Positions 16,701 through 29,894 of a stretch of 64,000 nt of DNA are shown here, piece after piece. A program made the translations under genes and the position numbers. The notes beneath the pieces were generated by a model. That model did not search any database, had not been told where the DNA came from, and saw nothing but the letters and a program-made list of their open reading frames with translations. The stretch is from Xylographa opegraphella (Eukaryota): the NCBI GenBank assembly GCA_022813865.1, contig JALDZX010000037.1, positions 1-64,000 on the forward strand, read 5' to 3'. Numbering within the stretch: the first letter of the stretch is position 1; the number at the start of each line of letters is the position of its first letter.

Positions 16701-17046
16701 TACGGGACCATGGCAGATGGAGAGCTTCGATGAGATAGCTGCGAATCCCTTCATTCGTCAGGAACAGGCGCTTCTCTGGCGTGTTCTTACAAACAAAGAA
16801 AACATTGATGCTGCGCAAAAGAAAGACCCTAAGCTTGAAGCGGAGGTGCTGAAAGGGCTGTGGGAGGTGCTCAGGTATGAGGCCAAGCAACAGCAGAGGA
16901 ATGGAGTCAGCGAGGAGACGCTTGGAGTGGATAGTGGGCAGGAATGGTCTATGAGCGAGAGTGGAGAAGAGAAGGAGTCTGCCAGCTCTTCGGGCTCCGA
17001 AGGTAGGGACGGCGAGGCGGAAGATACTTGGAACTTTGCCCGTTGA
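13719..17046 (+). CDS. Large hypothetical protein (~1075 aa) with a possible Ig/cadherin-like segment
   Basis: ATG at 13719. Introns 13751-13799 (GTAAGT..CAG) and 14113-14160 (GTATGA..TAG) join in frame to the 866-aa ORF. Segment YSIVDLPPWLHWDDKILGWTGWVP. Confidence 0.75.
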
Positions 17047-18547
17047 GAGGTCAGGAGTATAAACGACTCCGCAGGTGTTCGTAAATGAGTTTTCGGTTTT
17101 GTTAGGGGGATACACCGATGAAGACACCGAAGACGGCAGCACACTAGCTCCAAGGCAAAGTGATCTATTTACAGTACAATACTGATGAATTGGGATCAAG
17201 AGCTGTTACTGTAAATTATGTGCCGCTCAGATTCCATCATCCGGGCTTCACAACGGGCCACGGCCTCCACCTCTAGATGCTGATTGTGCATCGTTGTGAG
17301 GTTTTCGAGCCAAGCGAATCATTTGGAGTCCGATCTCTGTTCCAAGCCTTTGCAGTAGTAGCATTCCAGTGATTCATGCTGGCGATTATGCATAACTCCT
17401 GCAAGAATAGTCTTGGAGCTGTCGAGCGTCGAAAGCATGAGAACATTCCGGCTCACCTGCTCACTCTCTTCTGAAAGGGCATTGTCTCAGTGCATGCGTC
17501 TTTCTCGTGATGCCACGCAGATTGATATTCATAGCTACGGGAAAGGTGGCAGCCTTAACGACACTTCGTCCCAGTCTCTCTATGGCAACAGGCCCGAACA
17601 AACAAGATTGGCTGGGTATTCCTAGCAGGGTGTCTGCCGACAAGCAGACTCAAGGGGACCACAAGTGGCAACTGACATCAAGTCCAAGAATGCCACGCAT
17701 AGCAAAGTATAGCCACTGTCGTATGTGATACGGAAGTTCTATCAAAGCTTGTATTGCATGCAAGTCTTGAGTCGTGCATCTCTCAATGGAGTTGAGAGAG
17801 AGCCGCTCCACGAAGAAGTCATTCCCATCGCTCTGCGAGACACATTTGTCATTTATTTCTGCTAGGTGGCGACGCTGCAACCCGCTCCAGAATGAACTTT
17901 TATGTACCTCCTCTACAGTCGAGATCCACACTGAAGGCATTGATTTTGCTTCACATTTGGGTTGGAATCACCTTGTCTTCAATGAAGGGTGAATTCCTGC
18001 GTGCAGATATACATGAGATAGTGCAAAGTGCGGCACATACCCGCTGGTCTCTCTTGCATACTTGCATACTTGCTGTTTGCTCTTGCAATTTAGCCGTTAC
18101 TGTCTATCATAGAGGCTTCTGCCATGAACGTCCTTCTCTAATCTTGATCATCAAAAACTACTCTACAGCCGCATGCCTCTCGCTTCGTGTAACCACTAAG
18201 CCGTATTCGGCTGCTCTAGACCGTATAGGTTAGGTCCTCGGTAAGGTATCTATTACGTGACGATTATATTTGACCATCGCGGAAAGCTTCGCCAAGAACT
18301 GGAACTCAACAATGCGGGCCACAGGCGCGTCTTTCCCAGCACCACATCATACAGCTGGACAACTCCGGCCTTTTGGCCTTGAGCGATGTTTGCGGTTCGC
18401 ATATCGCTTGCGAAGAGTCCTGGGTGCGTACAGTGGGGTATATACTTTGGGTTTGGCTTGCCTTTGTTGAAATAATGATTCGTTTCTTTCATGTCCCATC
18501 TATGCCTTCAATCATCCTCGTATCACGGTGTTCCGCTCTCGTACACG

Positions 18548-21500
18548 ATGCCGCTCCTCTTTTCCCGGCTGTGTAATTTACTGTCCGAGCTTGAAAACCT
18601 ACGTACCCGCCAGCGGCCTCTACCTCCGAATGTTCTCGAAGAGAAGTCCAAACGAAGCATCATCAAATGGTTCAATGATCATCGAACTCTGATTGATGCC
18701 GATGATACTGATGGCGTGGCCCTTCTCTCCGCTCTTCTTCCCGCAAGGAGATCTGACAGAGTTTACGGCCTACAGGCCGCTTCACTGACTAAGGTTCTCG
18801 GACGATGCCTCGGTCTGGTCGGAACGGAGAGACTGCGGGAGCTCGAGAGGTGGAAAGACCCGAACAAAAGCGACCTAGGTGCTGGTGTAGAGAAAGTCCT
18901 AACAGACACCCCAAATCCCGTTCAAGATCCGGTCACAATCGAGCAAATCGATCATGCCCTTGATAGAGTTGCAGCACGGAACCGTTTCTCCGGGCCAGAA
19001 ATATGGGCGAAGAAAGAGGATCGTAATGGAGCTAAAGTTGATGATATACTTAGATATACATATTTTAGGTTGAGGCCAAATGAAGCCAAGTGGTTCACCC
19101 GGATGCTGCTCAAAGATTACGGCGCTGCTGTTCTTCCGGAGGGTCTGGTCTTTGGGTGCTTTCATCGTCTTCTGCCGGCTATATTGAAGGTTCATGACAA
19201 CTTTCAGTCTGCAGTGGCTCTTCTAAGGAGCCCGCCCCTGAGCAATTCGATGATGACACGGAAGACTTTGTCTTCAGCGGGGGCAAGAAACCAACACGAT
19301 ATTGTCGCAAACGTTCTATCACCAAGGTGCGGTGTCAAAGTGGGACGGCCGTTGTTTCTCAAGGCGTGGAGCATCAAGTACGCTCTCCAGCTTGCCCAGG
19401 GTAGGAGAATGAGCTTGGAACGGAAGTACGATGGTGAGTACTGCCAGATCCACGTTGACCTAGCAAAACCTGGAAATGAGATCCAAATCTTCTCCAAAAG
19501 CCGCAAGGATTCCACCTGGGACAGACGTGATCTACATGCGACCATTCGTGAGAGTCTACGTATAGGTGAGGATGACTGCAAGGTGAAGCAGAAATGCATC
19601 CTAGAGGGAGAGTTCCTCGTATGGAGTACAAAGGAGTCTAAGATCCTTCCATTCCACAAGATTAGGAAACATGTTGCTAGATCGGGCACTTACCTAGGTA
19701 CAGCCAAAGACTCACAGTAAGTCCGTCGATAGTCATGCAAACTATTCTTTACCCTATATGAAATGACATACATCAGGCCTCACTACTGGGAGCAATTGAT
19801 GATTGTCTTCTTTGACGTACTATTGATAGATGAGGACCCCGTGCTCCACCAGCCACTTCGGCGCCGACGAGAGAAACTTGCGAACATCGTCACTGAAAAG
19901 CAAGGAAGTGCGGTCCTAGCCCAGTACGAAGAGATAAATTTCTCCAGCTACAACGCGGCCGAACGTTTGACGGAATCTCTCGCGAGTGCTTTCGCAAGAC
20001 GGTGGGAAGGCTGTGTTTTGAAGCCCGTCGACGAGCCTTATGTGAACTTTCTACCTGAGTCAAGGGGTGACTACCGGTGCTGCTGGATTAAACTCAAGAA
20101 GGACTACATTCCCGGGCTCGGTGATACGGCTGAATTTGCTGTTGTTGGCGCAGGCTACGATGCGAGTGAAGCAGCCAAGCTTGGCCTCACACATCTGCCG
20201 TGGACATTCTTTCACATCGGGGCTTTGATCAATAAGACCGAAGTACTGCAATCAGGCGCGAAGCCAAAATTCGCGGTGTTGGATAGCTTCAATACGTCAA
20301 TCCCGAAGAAGGATATGGAGCGTCTATGCCGTCTTGGAAAATTCTATGCTGAACCTGTAAAGCCTCCGGTCAAACATGAGTTGCTCGCCGATGTCTACCG
20401 GCATCCGAACCTACACAAAATGGATGTTGTGTTTACTCGCGCTTTCGTGTTTGAGGTCAAAGGTGGCGGGTTTGATAAGCCCCCAGACTGCGATCACTTC
20501 TTGCTTCGCTTTCCGCGGCTGGTCAAAATCCACTGGGACCGACACTTCGAGGATACCGTCAGTTTCGATGAGCTGCAAGATCTGGCGAGGAAAGCCATGC
20601 GGGAGCCAAACGACGACCTTTGGACTGAAATCGCCGCTTGGGAGAAAAGGGTGAGGGATACTGACAGAGGTCATCGGAGACGAGCATCTAGAGACGAAGA
20701 TGATGGAGAACTCGAAAGTGGGTTCCAGGCGGAATGCATGCCCTCTTCACAAACCTTAGTTGACTCGCCTATAAATATGAAGACAGCAAAAGAGGCCACG
20801 TTCGTCCGGATGGACACGGGCGAGATGTCGCCTTCAGAGCAACGTCTTGATACTGGCGAGGTGATCTCACGGCCTCCTTCCCGGAGTCCTACTTCGAGCA
20901 CTGAAAGTGGCAGCTCACTTGCAGTGCATAATTTTCCTTCACTGCCGCAGCTGCCTGCATCAAACAAAATCTCACCGCCCCAAGGAAGAAAAAGATCAAG
21001 GCCTCAGAATGAAGAGCTCGACCTGAGTCCCCCACCGCTAAAGGCTATCCGCAAAGGTAATCATGTTATTTCCATCGAGTCTTCACCCCCCCCAATAACC
21101 CCAAGTCCTGTTGTTCGACGTCCTTTTTTGAAAGATGTCGACAACCACGCTTTCCCGTCGCCCAAGTCTCGCGGTGATCCTCGCAAAGCATTGTCAAAAT
21201 TACATGAACCCTCCTCCTCCACCCTTGTGCGAAAGGCTCCGCCACGCCTACTCGTCAAGTCGAGCCCGAAGCCCGTTCTGGAGTCCAGCTCCGCCGTCTA
21301 CAATACAACAGAATCAGAACACACGTCCTCGGAAGATTCATCACCAATCTCAAGACCGTCTCCTATCCTTCCTGTGCGTCCCAAGTTCGCCCAACCTCTC
21401 ACAGTCCTTTCGCCGTGCATTGCCCAGATGCCATACCTAACCGAGGACCTCCTCCCAGTCCACAACGCGACCGTGGTGCCAATTTCCGATCTATCACCCC

Positions 21501-21772
21501 GCGCGAAAACCGGCGATGCCACCGCCAAAATAGATGCAGTGGCTCTGGTCGAGTCATACCGGAGCGACGCCACGGCACTCTTCCTCAAGGACCTTCTGCG
21601 TGTTATGGGTCAGAATCTGCAGGAGGCCGAGATTTGGGACTGGAGGATCGTGGAGCAGACGGAAGAGGTGGAAGGAAGACCAGGAAGGTGGTTCGTGGGG
21701 TGGATCCGGAGGGATGCGTTGGGAGAATGGGTGCTCGTGTGGAAGAATGGAGATGTGTCTAAATCGCGCTGA
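18548..21772 (+). CDS. ATP-dependent DNA ligase (Lig4-like paralogue, no obvious tandem BRCT)
   Basis: Motif I ERKYDGEY, III EGEFLV, IIIa FFDVLL, IV EGCVLK, V WIKLKKDY, VI LRFPR. N-terminal DNA-binding domain. Intron 19717-19776. Confidence 0.9.
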
Positions 21773-22075
21773 AGGACAGCTGGTATCGATCCTGCGAATG
21801 GGCGCTTTGGTTTGCTGAATACAGGACGATGAACGACGTGTAATGAGATCCTAGGCCAATGTTTATATTCGGAATGACAGGTTCGAATAGGGCTATTCGG
21901 TCACTGCAGGACTGTCGAACGTTGGCAAGAGCTGCGGGTTTTCCCTTCTTGGTGTCGGGGCGTGTGGTTGACTACCGAGCCAGCTGCTTGACTGGAGAGT
22001 CGATGGATCCAATGCCCCCGTACGAATCCGCCGCTGACATCCATTCGACGTTTCCGTGTCCTCCGGCTTCCTGAT

Positions 22076-22894
22076 TCAGTATCCCGGCAGCGGATCGAAC
22101 GGCGGCGGCGGCGTCACCTTATGAGCAATGCGCTCTATATACTCCCTAACCTCCGACGGGCACATCAGGACCGGGTTATGCGGAAGCACGATGATGAATG
22201 TGCGCAGGAGATCCCGGGCCCGGTTCCGGTACGTCATGAAGGGCATCTCGCAGTAGAAGCGCACGTTGTTGGCGCGGTACCAGTCGCGGGAGCCCCTGAC
22301 AAACTCGATGACGCGGGTGAGGTTGGACTGGATGCCTTCGCGGTCGAGGTTGAGGTGGTTGACCAGGTAGAGGACGACGTTGTTGGCGTCCTGCACGTCA
22401 TTGATGGCCGGGTGCAGCTTCAGCACGTCGAAGACGACGCCGGCGCCCGTCCAGTCGTCCATGATCTCGCTGTTCCGCAGCGCCGTGCGCCCGAGGGGGT
22501 AGATCTCGATGCCCGGCCCGTGCGTGACGAAGGGCGCCGTCTGCTCCTCGCGCGGCCAGAGGAAGGGGAAGCTCGCCTGCTCGACGTACGGCGTCGGCAG
22601 CACCACGCCGTTGTTGTACTCCAGCACGCGGATGTCGAACCGCAGCGACGGGTTGGCGGCGCCGTTGGCTTCGATGTAGACGGCGAGCACGGCGGGCCCG
22701 GTCGGCGTCCCGCTGTAATCCGGGATGATGGCGTGGGACAGCTGCAGGTCCAGTTCGAGGTAAACACGCCGGTTAAGGGATCGGTGGCTCAGCTGGGTGG
22801 GGGGATGGGGGTCGGGGTTTTTGGACGGGGGACATGTTGAAGTCGCGGCGGCGATGGCGGCGAAGGACAGGAGAGAGCTTAGTAGCTGAAGCAT
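22076..22894 (-). CDS. Intronless GC-rich secreted protein, ~272 aa
   Basis: Signal-peptide-like start MLQLLSSLLSFAAIAAA at 22894; strong G/C bias at third codon positions. Confidence 0.75.
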   Translation of the reverse strand: MLQLLSSLLSFAAIAAATSTCPPSKNPDPHPPTQLSHRSLNRRVYLELDLQLSHAIIPDYSGTPTGPAVLAVYIEANGAANPSLRFDIRVLEYNNGVVLPTPYVEQASFPFLWPREEQTAPFVTHGPGIEIYPLGRTALRNSEIMDDWTGAGVVFDVLKLHPAINDVQDANNVVLYLVNHLNLDREGIQSNLTRVIEFVRGSRDWYRANNVRFYCEMPFMTYRNRARDLLRTFIIVLPHNPVLMCPSEVREYIERIAHKVTPPPPFDPLPGY

Positions 22895-24572
22895 GACTGA
22901 CTGGACTGACCGGACGAGCGAATTTTCGAGTAAGTGATGCAGACCACTCCGGGCCCCAATATCCTCGAGTCGAGGACACCATCGTGCTGATATATTGTTC
23001 CCCACGACCCACACGACTCCTCTGTCGTGACAGTTCCTCCGTTTCGGAAGTTACAAGCGGCCCAAGTTTGTGGGGGTTGGGTTATATTGGCGCAAGCGTC
23101 GGCTTCGCACCCGGGCGGCTTCCTCATGGTGTGACTGAGCCACGCAGCCGATACATTTTGCTGATACAGAGAGCTTATGTAGCCTGTTCGTTTTACAATC
23201 CTCCCAGCATGTTCCGGAGTAGTTGTCCTGCTTTTTTTTTTCGGCGAGAGGTGTCTACGGCCATCAGCCACGTCTGGGCCCGGGGCTTCTCAAATGTTCG
23301 TTCGAGGAGTCGAGGACTGCGTGCGGTCACTATGATCGATTGCCATCGGTACTGTGGACGGTGGGCCTGGGTTTACCCTTTGCTGAATCGTAGATGCCAC
23401 TGCTCCACCAGGAGCTATTCTCTTCCTTCATCGTACTCCACATGTGAAGATCATGCTCAAAAACACAATACTCACGGTTCCCTCCGCGCTCCTCACCTCC
23501 CTGCCTTGAGGACCCTAATTCCCCGGGTTCCAAGTAACGAGACTGTAGTCGCCCCGTCCTGGTGCCTGCGGTGAGAACTGTTCATGACGACCGAGAGCCG
23601 ATTCGGAGCCAACAAGTCTGATAAAGAAAAGCGATCGATAGTCCCGCGAACAAGACAATCTAGATATGCACAGTAGTATCTTACGATCGGCCTACAAGAA
23701 AAATAAATTCTCCAATGCTAAGGCCAGTGGAAGGGAAAGCATGGTCCATGGCCGAAAGGCATCTGCACCCAAATAAAACATCTCAGGCGTACAACGTAAG
23801 TGACAGAATAACGAAAAGCGCAAAAGAGATATGCCGTCGAGGAAAGAACATTGGTAAGGATACTCTCCAGCCGTAAGCGGTTACAGATGACAAGATTGAT
23901 CGAGGGCCTTCATAGTAGTAGTCTAGTCTAGTCTAGCACAAGGGTAAGATGAATGGAAAGACTCCCATGTATCTGCAGTGTAAGCCTACAACTGGTGGCC
24001 ATCTCCTTGGCTCAACTGAACGATAGTCGAGGTCCCAATCGGTGCTATCCAGATCATTGTATGGGATGTGGCCGAGAGGGCGTTCACTGTCAGGCCTATC
24101 CAACCCTTGATTCACAAAGCACGACGACAGAAAACCCCATTGTCTTCCAAACCATACTGGTTAAAACACAAACCCTACAAATTCACACCGCAGCCTACAA
24201 TATACACCGCCCAGCTCAGACCTCCCCTGCACTACGGCCATTACACTCCAAAGAGTCGCTTCACCATGACATCTGCTTTGTGGACTCTAACCTTCTATTC
24301 ACCCACACCTTCACAGATCAGAACTCCCCCCCATGGATGGGCTCTTTTCACCAAAAAACAATAGTTTCGCTACGGCTGGGAGAAACGCCTCCTAAACATT
24401 CAGGTATCATGCACACCAAGCCTCGAACGATCCATCACAACTCGCCCACTTCCAAAGCAACTGAGATCACCGTATCGTCGCCAACCCACACAAACCGTTC
24501 TGGTACGAGACTGTCGGTCGGAAGGGCGACACTCTCTTTACTTAATTCCTTGCTGAATGCTTAAGCTCCCTT

Positions 24573-27126
24573 TCACTGAACTTGGCTAACGATTTCGCTT
24601 GCTCGGGATAAGGATTCCACCATTTGTTGGCACTCTTTCCGTCGTCGGATCGTGAAATCGCTCTCTTTCAGAAGGTCTTCGAACTCGTTGGATCGGTACA
24701 TATTCTCGAGCAATTCACGCTGCATTTCGTCTTTTGTGAACCTGAACGTATGTATGTTAACAATCACACGTATCCTCCACGCACGTGTACGACTGATGAG
24801 GCGGCTTACTGTACGAGAGTCAACATTATGGCTTTTGGTACCATGTCGATCATTGTTCGCCGAGTGATGTTGAAGTATGAGTTGATGAGAAGTTCTGCAT
24901 GCTTATCAGTAAAGATTTCAGGCCAAGATCGCCAGGCACTCACTGATAACTTCCACTTCTTGGCCCTCCTTTTCTGACAGAGTTCCCGAGGCTTTGAGTT
25001 GTGGCGGAGGCGACTCCATCGCAGCCATTTTCTTCTTGTTCTTCGGTGCAAAAAAGCTGCCAAAGAAGCCGGAGCTGCTATCGTTCCCGAAGTCGAGGCT
25101 AGGACTGGCAGCCCGTGGCGGTACGGACGGAGGAAGAGCCTTGCCGGTCTTCGGATCCACCTGTACAGGCTTACTTGCATTATGACGATCGTTGACGATC
25201 GCCATTGCCTATCGATTACATATGTTACAAGAAGAACGAAATTAAATGACTTGACTGCACGTAGCGGGTCTGAAAGGAGGATGTTTTTGCAATGGGTAGG
25301 ATCAAGGAGACTTCACTCACCCTATGACCGTTGAGGAAATCCGGATGCCCTGTGTTAATGTAACAGGACTCCATAGCAACAAGATCCTTGACCAGCTTAT
25401 TCGTCGGATCCATCGCTTTCTTGAAGAAGCTAACGACAACACCGTGGAACTTCTCCTTGAGCGACGGATATCTCCGGAACATTGCTTTCGTAAGGAGTTG
25501 AGAAAGAATACGAACAAGCTCGTCGTACACCAATGACACACACTTCAAACTAGGTTCCTCCAAACGCTTGATCTGTTGCTTCACAATCAGCTCAAAGGCA
25601 GTAGTACCAACGAAAAGTGCGGGTGAAGATCCTGAAGAATTGTATAGGATCGTCCGGATGTCAATATCCTTGACCTGGTCAAATGGGTCCACGGCTTTGA
25701 CACCGTTGGAATAAAGCTCGTGGAATACGAAGCTGATTCTTGCACCTCCAGACAGTTCAATACTGGAAAGTTCTTGGTTGCTACCTTCAAGCACTGTTCG
25801 ATACTCGTTGCAGAACTCGGTGATGATGTTGAGGATAATGTTGCCGCTATTACCAAGCATGGAGTCGCCCAAAGAATTGAGCTCTTGCTGATACTTCTGG
25901 AGGGAAGATGTTATGCGACCCTTTATATCTGGTAATGTTTGCTTTATGTGCATCATCAGAATCTGTAGTACAGTCAGCGAAGCGCATCTAGAGGAAACCC
26001 CAGGCAAATCATACGAGGTTGAGTTTCCGTGCCAAGTATGGTGTACCGCAGTAAGAGCTTTTGTTTCGGTATGCCTTGTGATTCTCAAAGAAGTTCTTCT
26101 CATGTTCGAGCGCGAATGAGATGGCCCGCTTATTCTCAATGTCCCGCTGGCCCCGATTGACGACCGGCACGTAACCCAGCCGTAATGGAATAATTCTTCC
26201 GGCGAGAATATCGACAACGTCTGTTCCTTCATCCATCAAGTCTACTTTCGTTAATACCCCTATAGTACGCTGGCCTTCTGGATCCACCTCTCTTGCAAGC
26301 TTGAGGCCGTCTGAGTTGGCCAGATCCGTGTTCGCGGCCGTGACTGCCAGAATAATCGCGTTGGATTTTTGAATCTGCTTTAGCACCATGTCCTTTATCT
26401 GCTTCTCTATATCCCTTGGCTGATCCCCAACCGGGACCTTTGTCAATCCCGGTAAGTCCACGAGAGTAAGAGTGAGGACATTGGGCGAATATATTCGGAG
26501 ATTTATGGGAGATGGTGATATTCCAGCATTCCGGCCTGTTTTAGACTCCGTTTCTTTTATAATCTCTTCTCTGATCTTATTGAAATCATAGAACTTCTGC
26601 CCCGGAATGTGTAGAAATTCTCCCCACTCCTCTGCATTCGCCTCCTTGTCGGAGGATTTGATGTCTCCATTCACACCATTTGGTAATGTCTTGTTCGGAG
26701 ATGATCTATTGATGAGCTGAAGGATAAGGGGCCGTCTCGTCACGATTCCAGTACCTCGAGGCAAGCTTGACGCAAGCTGTTAGCAACAATTCGTGATTTC
26801 GGACAGTGCCCATCTCATGGCGTTTGCATACAAGTCTCTGCCGACTATATTCTCCAAAACAGAACTCTTGCCGCTGGATTGCGAACCAACGACAGCTATC
26901 TGCGGCAGGTCTATGGGGTTTTGGACCTGAGCAGGTAGACGTCAGCGACAACCCTTGAAATAGTAATACCAGCCGATGTCCATACTCCTACAGTAGTGAA
27001 GACGTCCTGAAGTTTGTTGACAAGCGTGATCAGGCCGGGGTCGTTCACGTTTATCCTGCGCGAGATCAGTAGGATCCGCATCGGCCATATCGCATTTACT
27101 CACGAGTAGCCTGCCTGGGCGGCCAT
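24573..27126 (-). CDS. VPS1: Dynamin-like GTPase Vps1, multi-exon
   Basis: G1 [37 protein letters not shown]. Vps1-type insert GFFGSFF. GED ending [10 protein letters not shown]. Confidence 0.95.
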
Positions 27127-27675
27127 GGCTGACGGCGGGCGTTCCGTGTTTAATGAAGCCTGGGTGGTAGATTGAGAGGTGATAGTAGTGTCGAGTAGGC
27201 CTTCGTGATCATATACAGGAGGTTGCGCTGGAGCCTGGAAGTTTGTGGAGACTAAAGGAGCTGCGTGCGTGGTCTTTTGAGTTGTTGTCCCAAAAAGTTC
27301 ATCGTAGTGAATTGTCCGCGCAGGCATCGTCACCCATCACATGAGTGGCGCAAACGACCATGACCCGTCCGCAAATATCAGCGATAATCCGCATCATTAA
27401 GTACCTTAGATTATACTGTAGCACGTGTTTCATGCTCTAGGAATTCCGGGGCAGCTGCAACATGTCGGATGCGCAGCATCGAATACCCAAATCGGCTCTA
27501 CGTTCACGACATTCATCAATTCACTTTTGACGACAATCCTCGTTTCTCTATCATTTGTTTTCGCTCTGCTTGGAAAATGCAGATAGATACATTGGGTAGA
27601 TATACATGAGCACTCTATGCATACGAGTCCTCCGCCGTATCAATCCAGCTCGCTGTACATGCAATTATCCGCTTT

Positions 27676-29894
27676 CTATTCGTCTATCACTGATGCGAAT
27701 CTCTCGGTCATTTTTTGGATAAGCTCATCATACTTGGAACCAGTTAGCTGCGAAATATGGGTGGAGCTGACGGTGTACTTGCCTTCTTGGAGATCTTCTC
27801 CTCTCCTTCACTTGGAACTTCGAACTTCATGCTCCTAAGCTCGCTCTGGAGATCACTGGTAGCTTCGCGCACCTTGTTCCAACTTTGGCCTTGGGAGATG
27901 GCCTTCTGACTCTCGTCATGGAATCCCATAAAGGCTTTCATCATGTACTCAGTTTTCCAAAGGGGGCAGAACTGATCGTAGTCACTGTATCCATTCTGTT
28001 GTAGGAAATCGTCTTTCAAGAGTGCGGCCACATCAAGGGTGATTTTATCAGGATCGCCCAAAGCAGATTTACCGACAAGTTGAACAACCTGGTCCAGATC
28101 CTCGCTGTTCGACAGAAGTTCCTTGATACGGTCCCGCAGACGAGGAAATTCGGGGTGGTCTTTTTCGTAGAACTTGTCAAGGATATTGGTGTATTTACTA
28201 TACGACATCGAGGTATTGATCGACGGGAAATGTTTTCGTTGTGCGAGCTTTTTGTCCAATCCCCAAAAGACTTGTACGATGCCGAGAGTACTACTGGTGA
28301 CGGGATCGGAGAAGTCACCACCGGGCGGACTGACGGCTCCCACGATGCTGACACTACCCTCGCGCTCTGGACTACCGAGAGCTGTGACTTTGCCAGCACG
28401 TTCATAGAAGGAGGCCAATTTGGCTCCAAGGTAGGCAGGAAAACCTTGGTCCGCAGGCATCTCTCCCAAACGTCCAGAGATCTCTCGAAGAGCTTCTGCC
28501 CATCTCGAGGTTGAATCTGCCATCATGGCGACATTCTTTCCTTGGTCACGGAAGTACTCAGCCACCGTGATACCGGTATAGATCGACGCCTCTCGAGCAG
28601 CGACAGGCATGTTAGATGTGTTCGCGATAAGAGAAGTACGCTTCATGATTGGCTCTTTCCTTCCTTTGATTTCGATCGATAGCTAGAATATTGAATTAGC
28701 ATACAGCAAAACGTTAGGAATTCAAAGGATGGCATACCTCAGGGAAATCCATCAGTACTTCAGCCATCTCGTTGCCTCTCTCACCACATCCAACGTAAAT
28801 GATAATGTCACTATTCGAGAATTTCGACACAGATTGACTAATCACGGTTTTGCCACACCCGAAAGCACCTGGGATACAGACGGTACCGCCCTGCACACTG
28901 GGGAACAGGGCATCGAGCACGCGCTGTCCGACGATGAAGGGAGCGGTCGAGGGCAATTTCTCCGTAACCGGGCGTGGCACACGTACTGGCCAAGTGTGCA
29001 TCATCGAGTATTCTGTTTTCTTCCCATCAAACTCCACTTCTAAGACCTTCTCGTCCACGGTATAGCTTCCCTGCTCGGCTATGTGCGTAATAGTACCTCG
29101 GGCTCGTGGTGGTAGAAGGATCTTATGGTCATCGAGAAGCGTATTTTCAAAAACAGTACCAAAGATATCGCCTCCCGTGATGTGGTCCCCCACCTTCAAA
29201 TCTCCAGGCTTGAAGTCCCATTTTATCTCACGGTTCAAGGACGGGACAGCAATCCCGCGGGGGATGTAGATACTGTTTGACACTTCCGAGATTGACCGCA
29301 GTGGTCGCTGAATACCGTCGTATATTGTCTCCATCAAACCAGGACCGAGTTCGACCGACAACGGCTTGCCCGTGCGTGTGACAGGATCACCAACAGTAAC
29401 ACCAGCTTATGAAGTTGTTAGCCATAAGCGCCATTGTTACGTGCTTGGTTGCGGGCATCCGTACCTGTCTCTTCGTAGACCTGAATCGTAGCTTTGTCTG
29501 CCTCGATCCTGATAACCTCTCCAACCAGATTATCATGACCAACTCGCACCTTCAAGCAAGGTCAGCATCGACTTGGTGAACCTCAATACCATAGATCCTC
29601 ACCAGTTCGTACATAGCACATCCTATCATATTTTCCGCCACGACGACAGGACTTCATGATATCAGTCAGACAACGCAAACAGAGAGCAGGCCGAACGTAC
29701 CCGGAGACAGAGAAGATGGAGCCTGGTCAGCATTGTTAGCCATCATTGTGGTTCAGCTACAGCGGTACAGCCTATAACTCACCATATTGCTCTTCTCCGG
29801 CCTCTTGGCGAGATCTCTGTGACTTTGACTACCGGAATTAGCAGCTGAGCGTGAGTGACAACTCATCCTCAATTGGATCTCTTACTGGAGCCAT
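27676..29894 (-). CDS. VMA1: V-type ATPase catalytic subunit A, no intein, several small 5' exons
   Basis: P-loop [31 protein letters not shown]. Start ATG GCT CCA|GTAAGA at 29894; ends FASVIDE*. Confidence 0.96.

Noticed and set aside
17400..18300. Short ORFs between the orphan gene and the ligase
   Set aside because: No consistent exon structure or protein motif.
22121..22840. 239-aa plus-strand ORF and similar antisense ORFs over DLD2, CDC16 and ADE6
   Set aside because: These are shadow frames caused by codon bias of the real gene on the opposite strand.
28760..28810. VDE intein in VMA1
   Set aside because: [11 protein letters not shown] is contiguous across the canonical insertion site.
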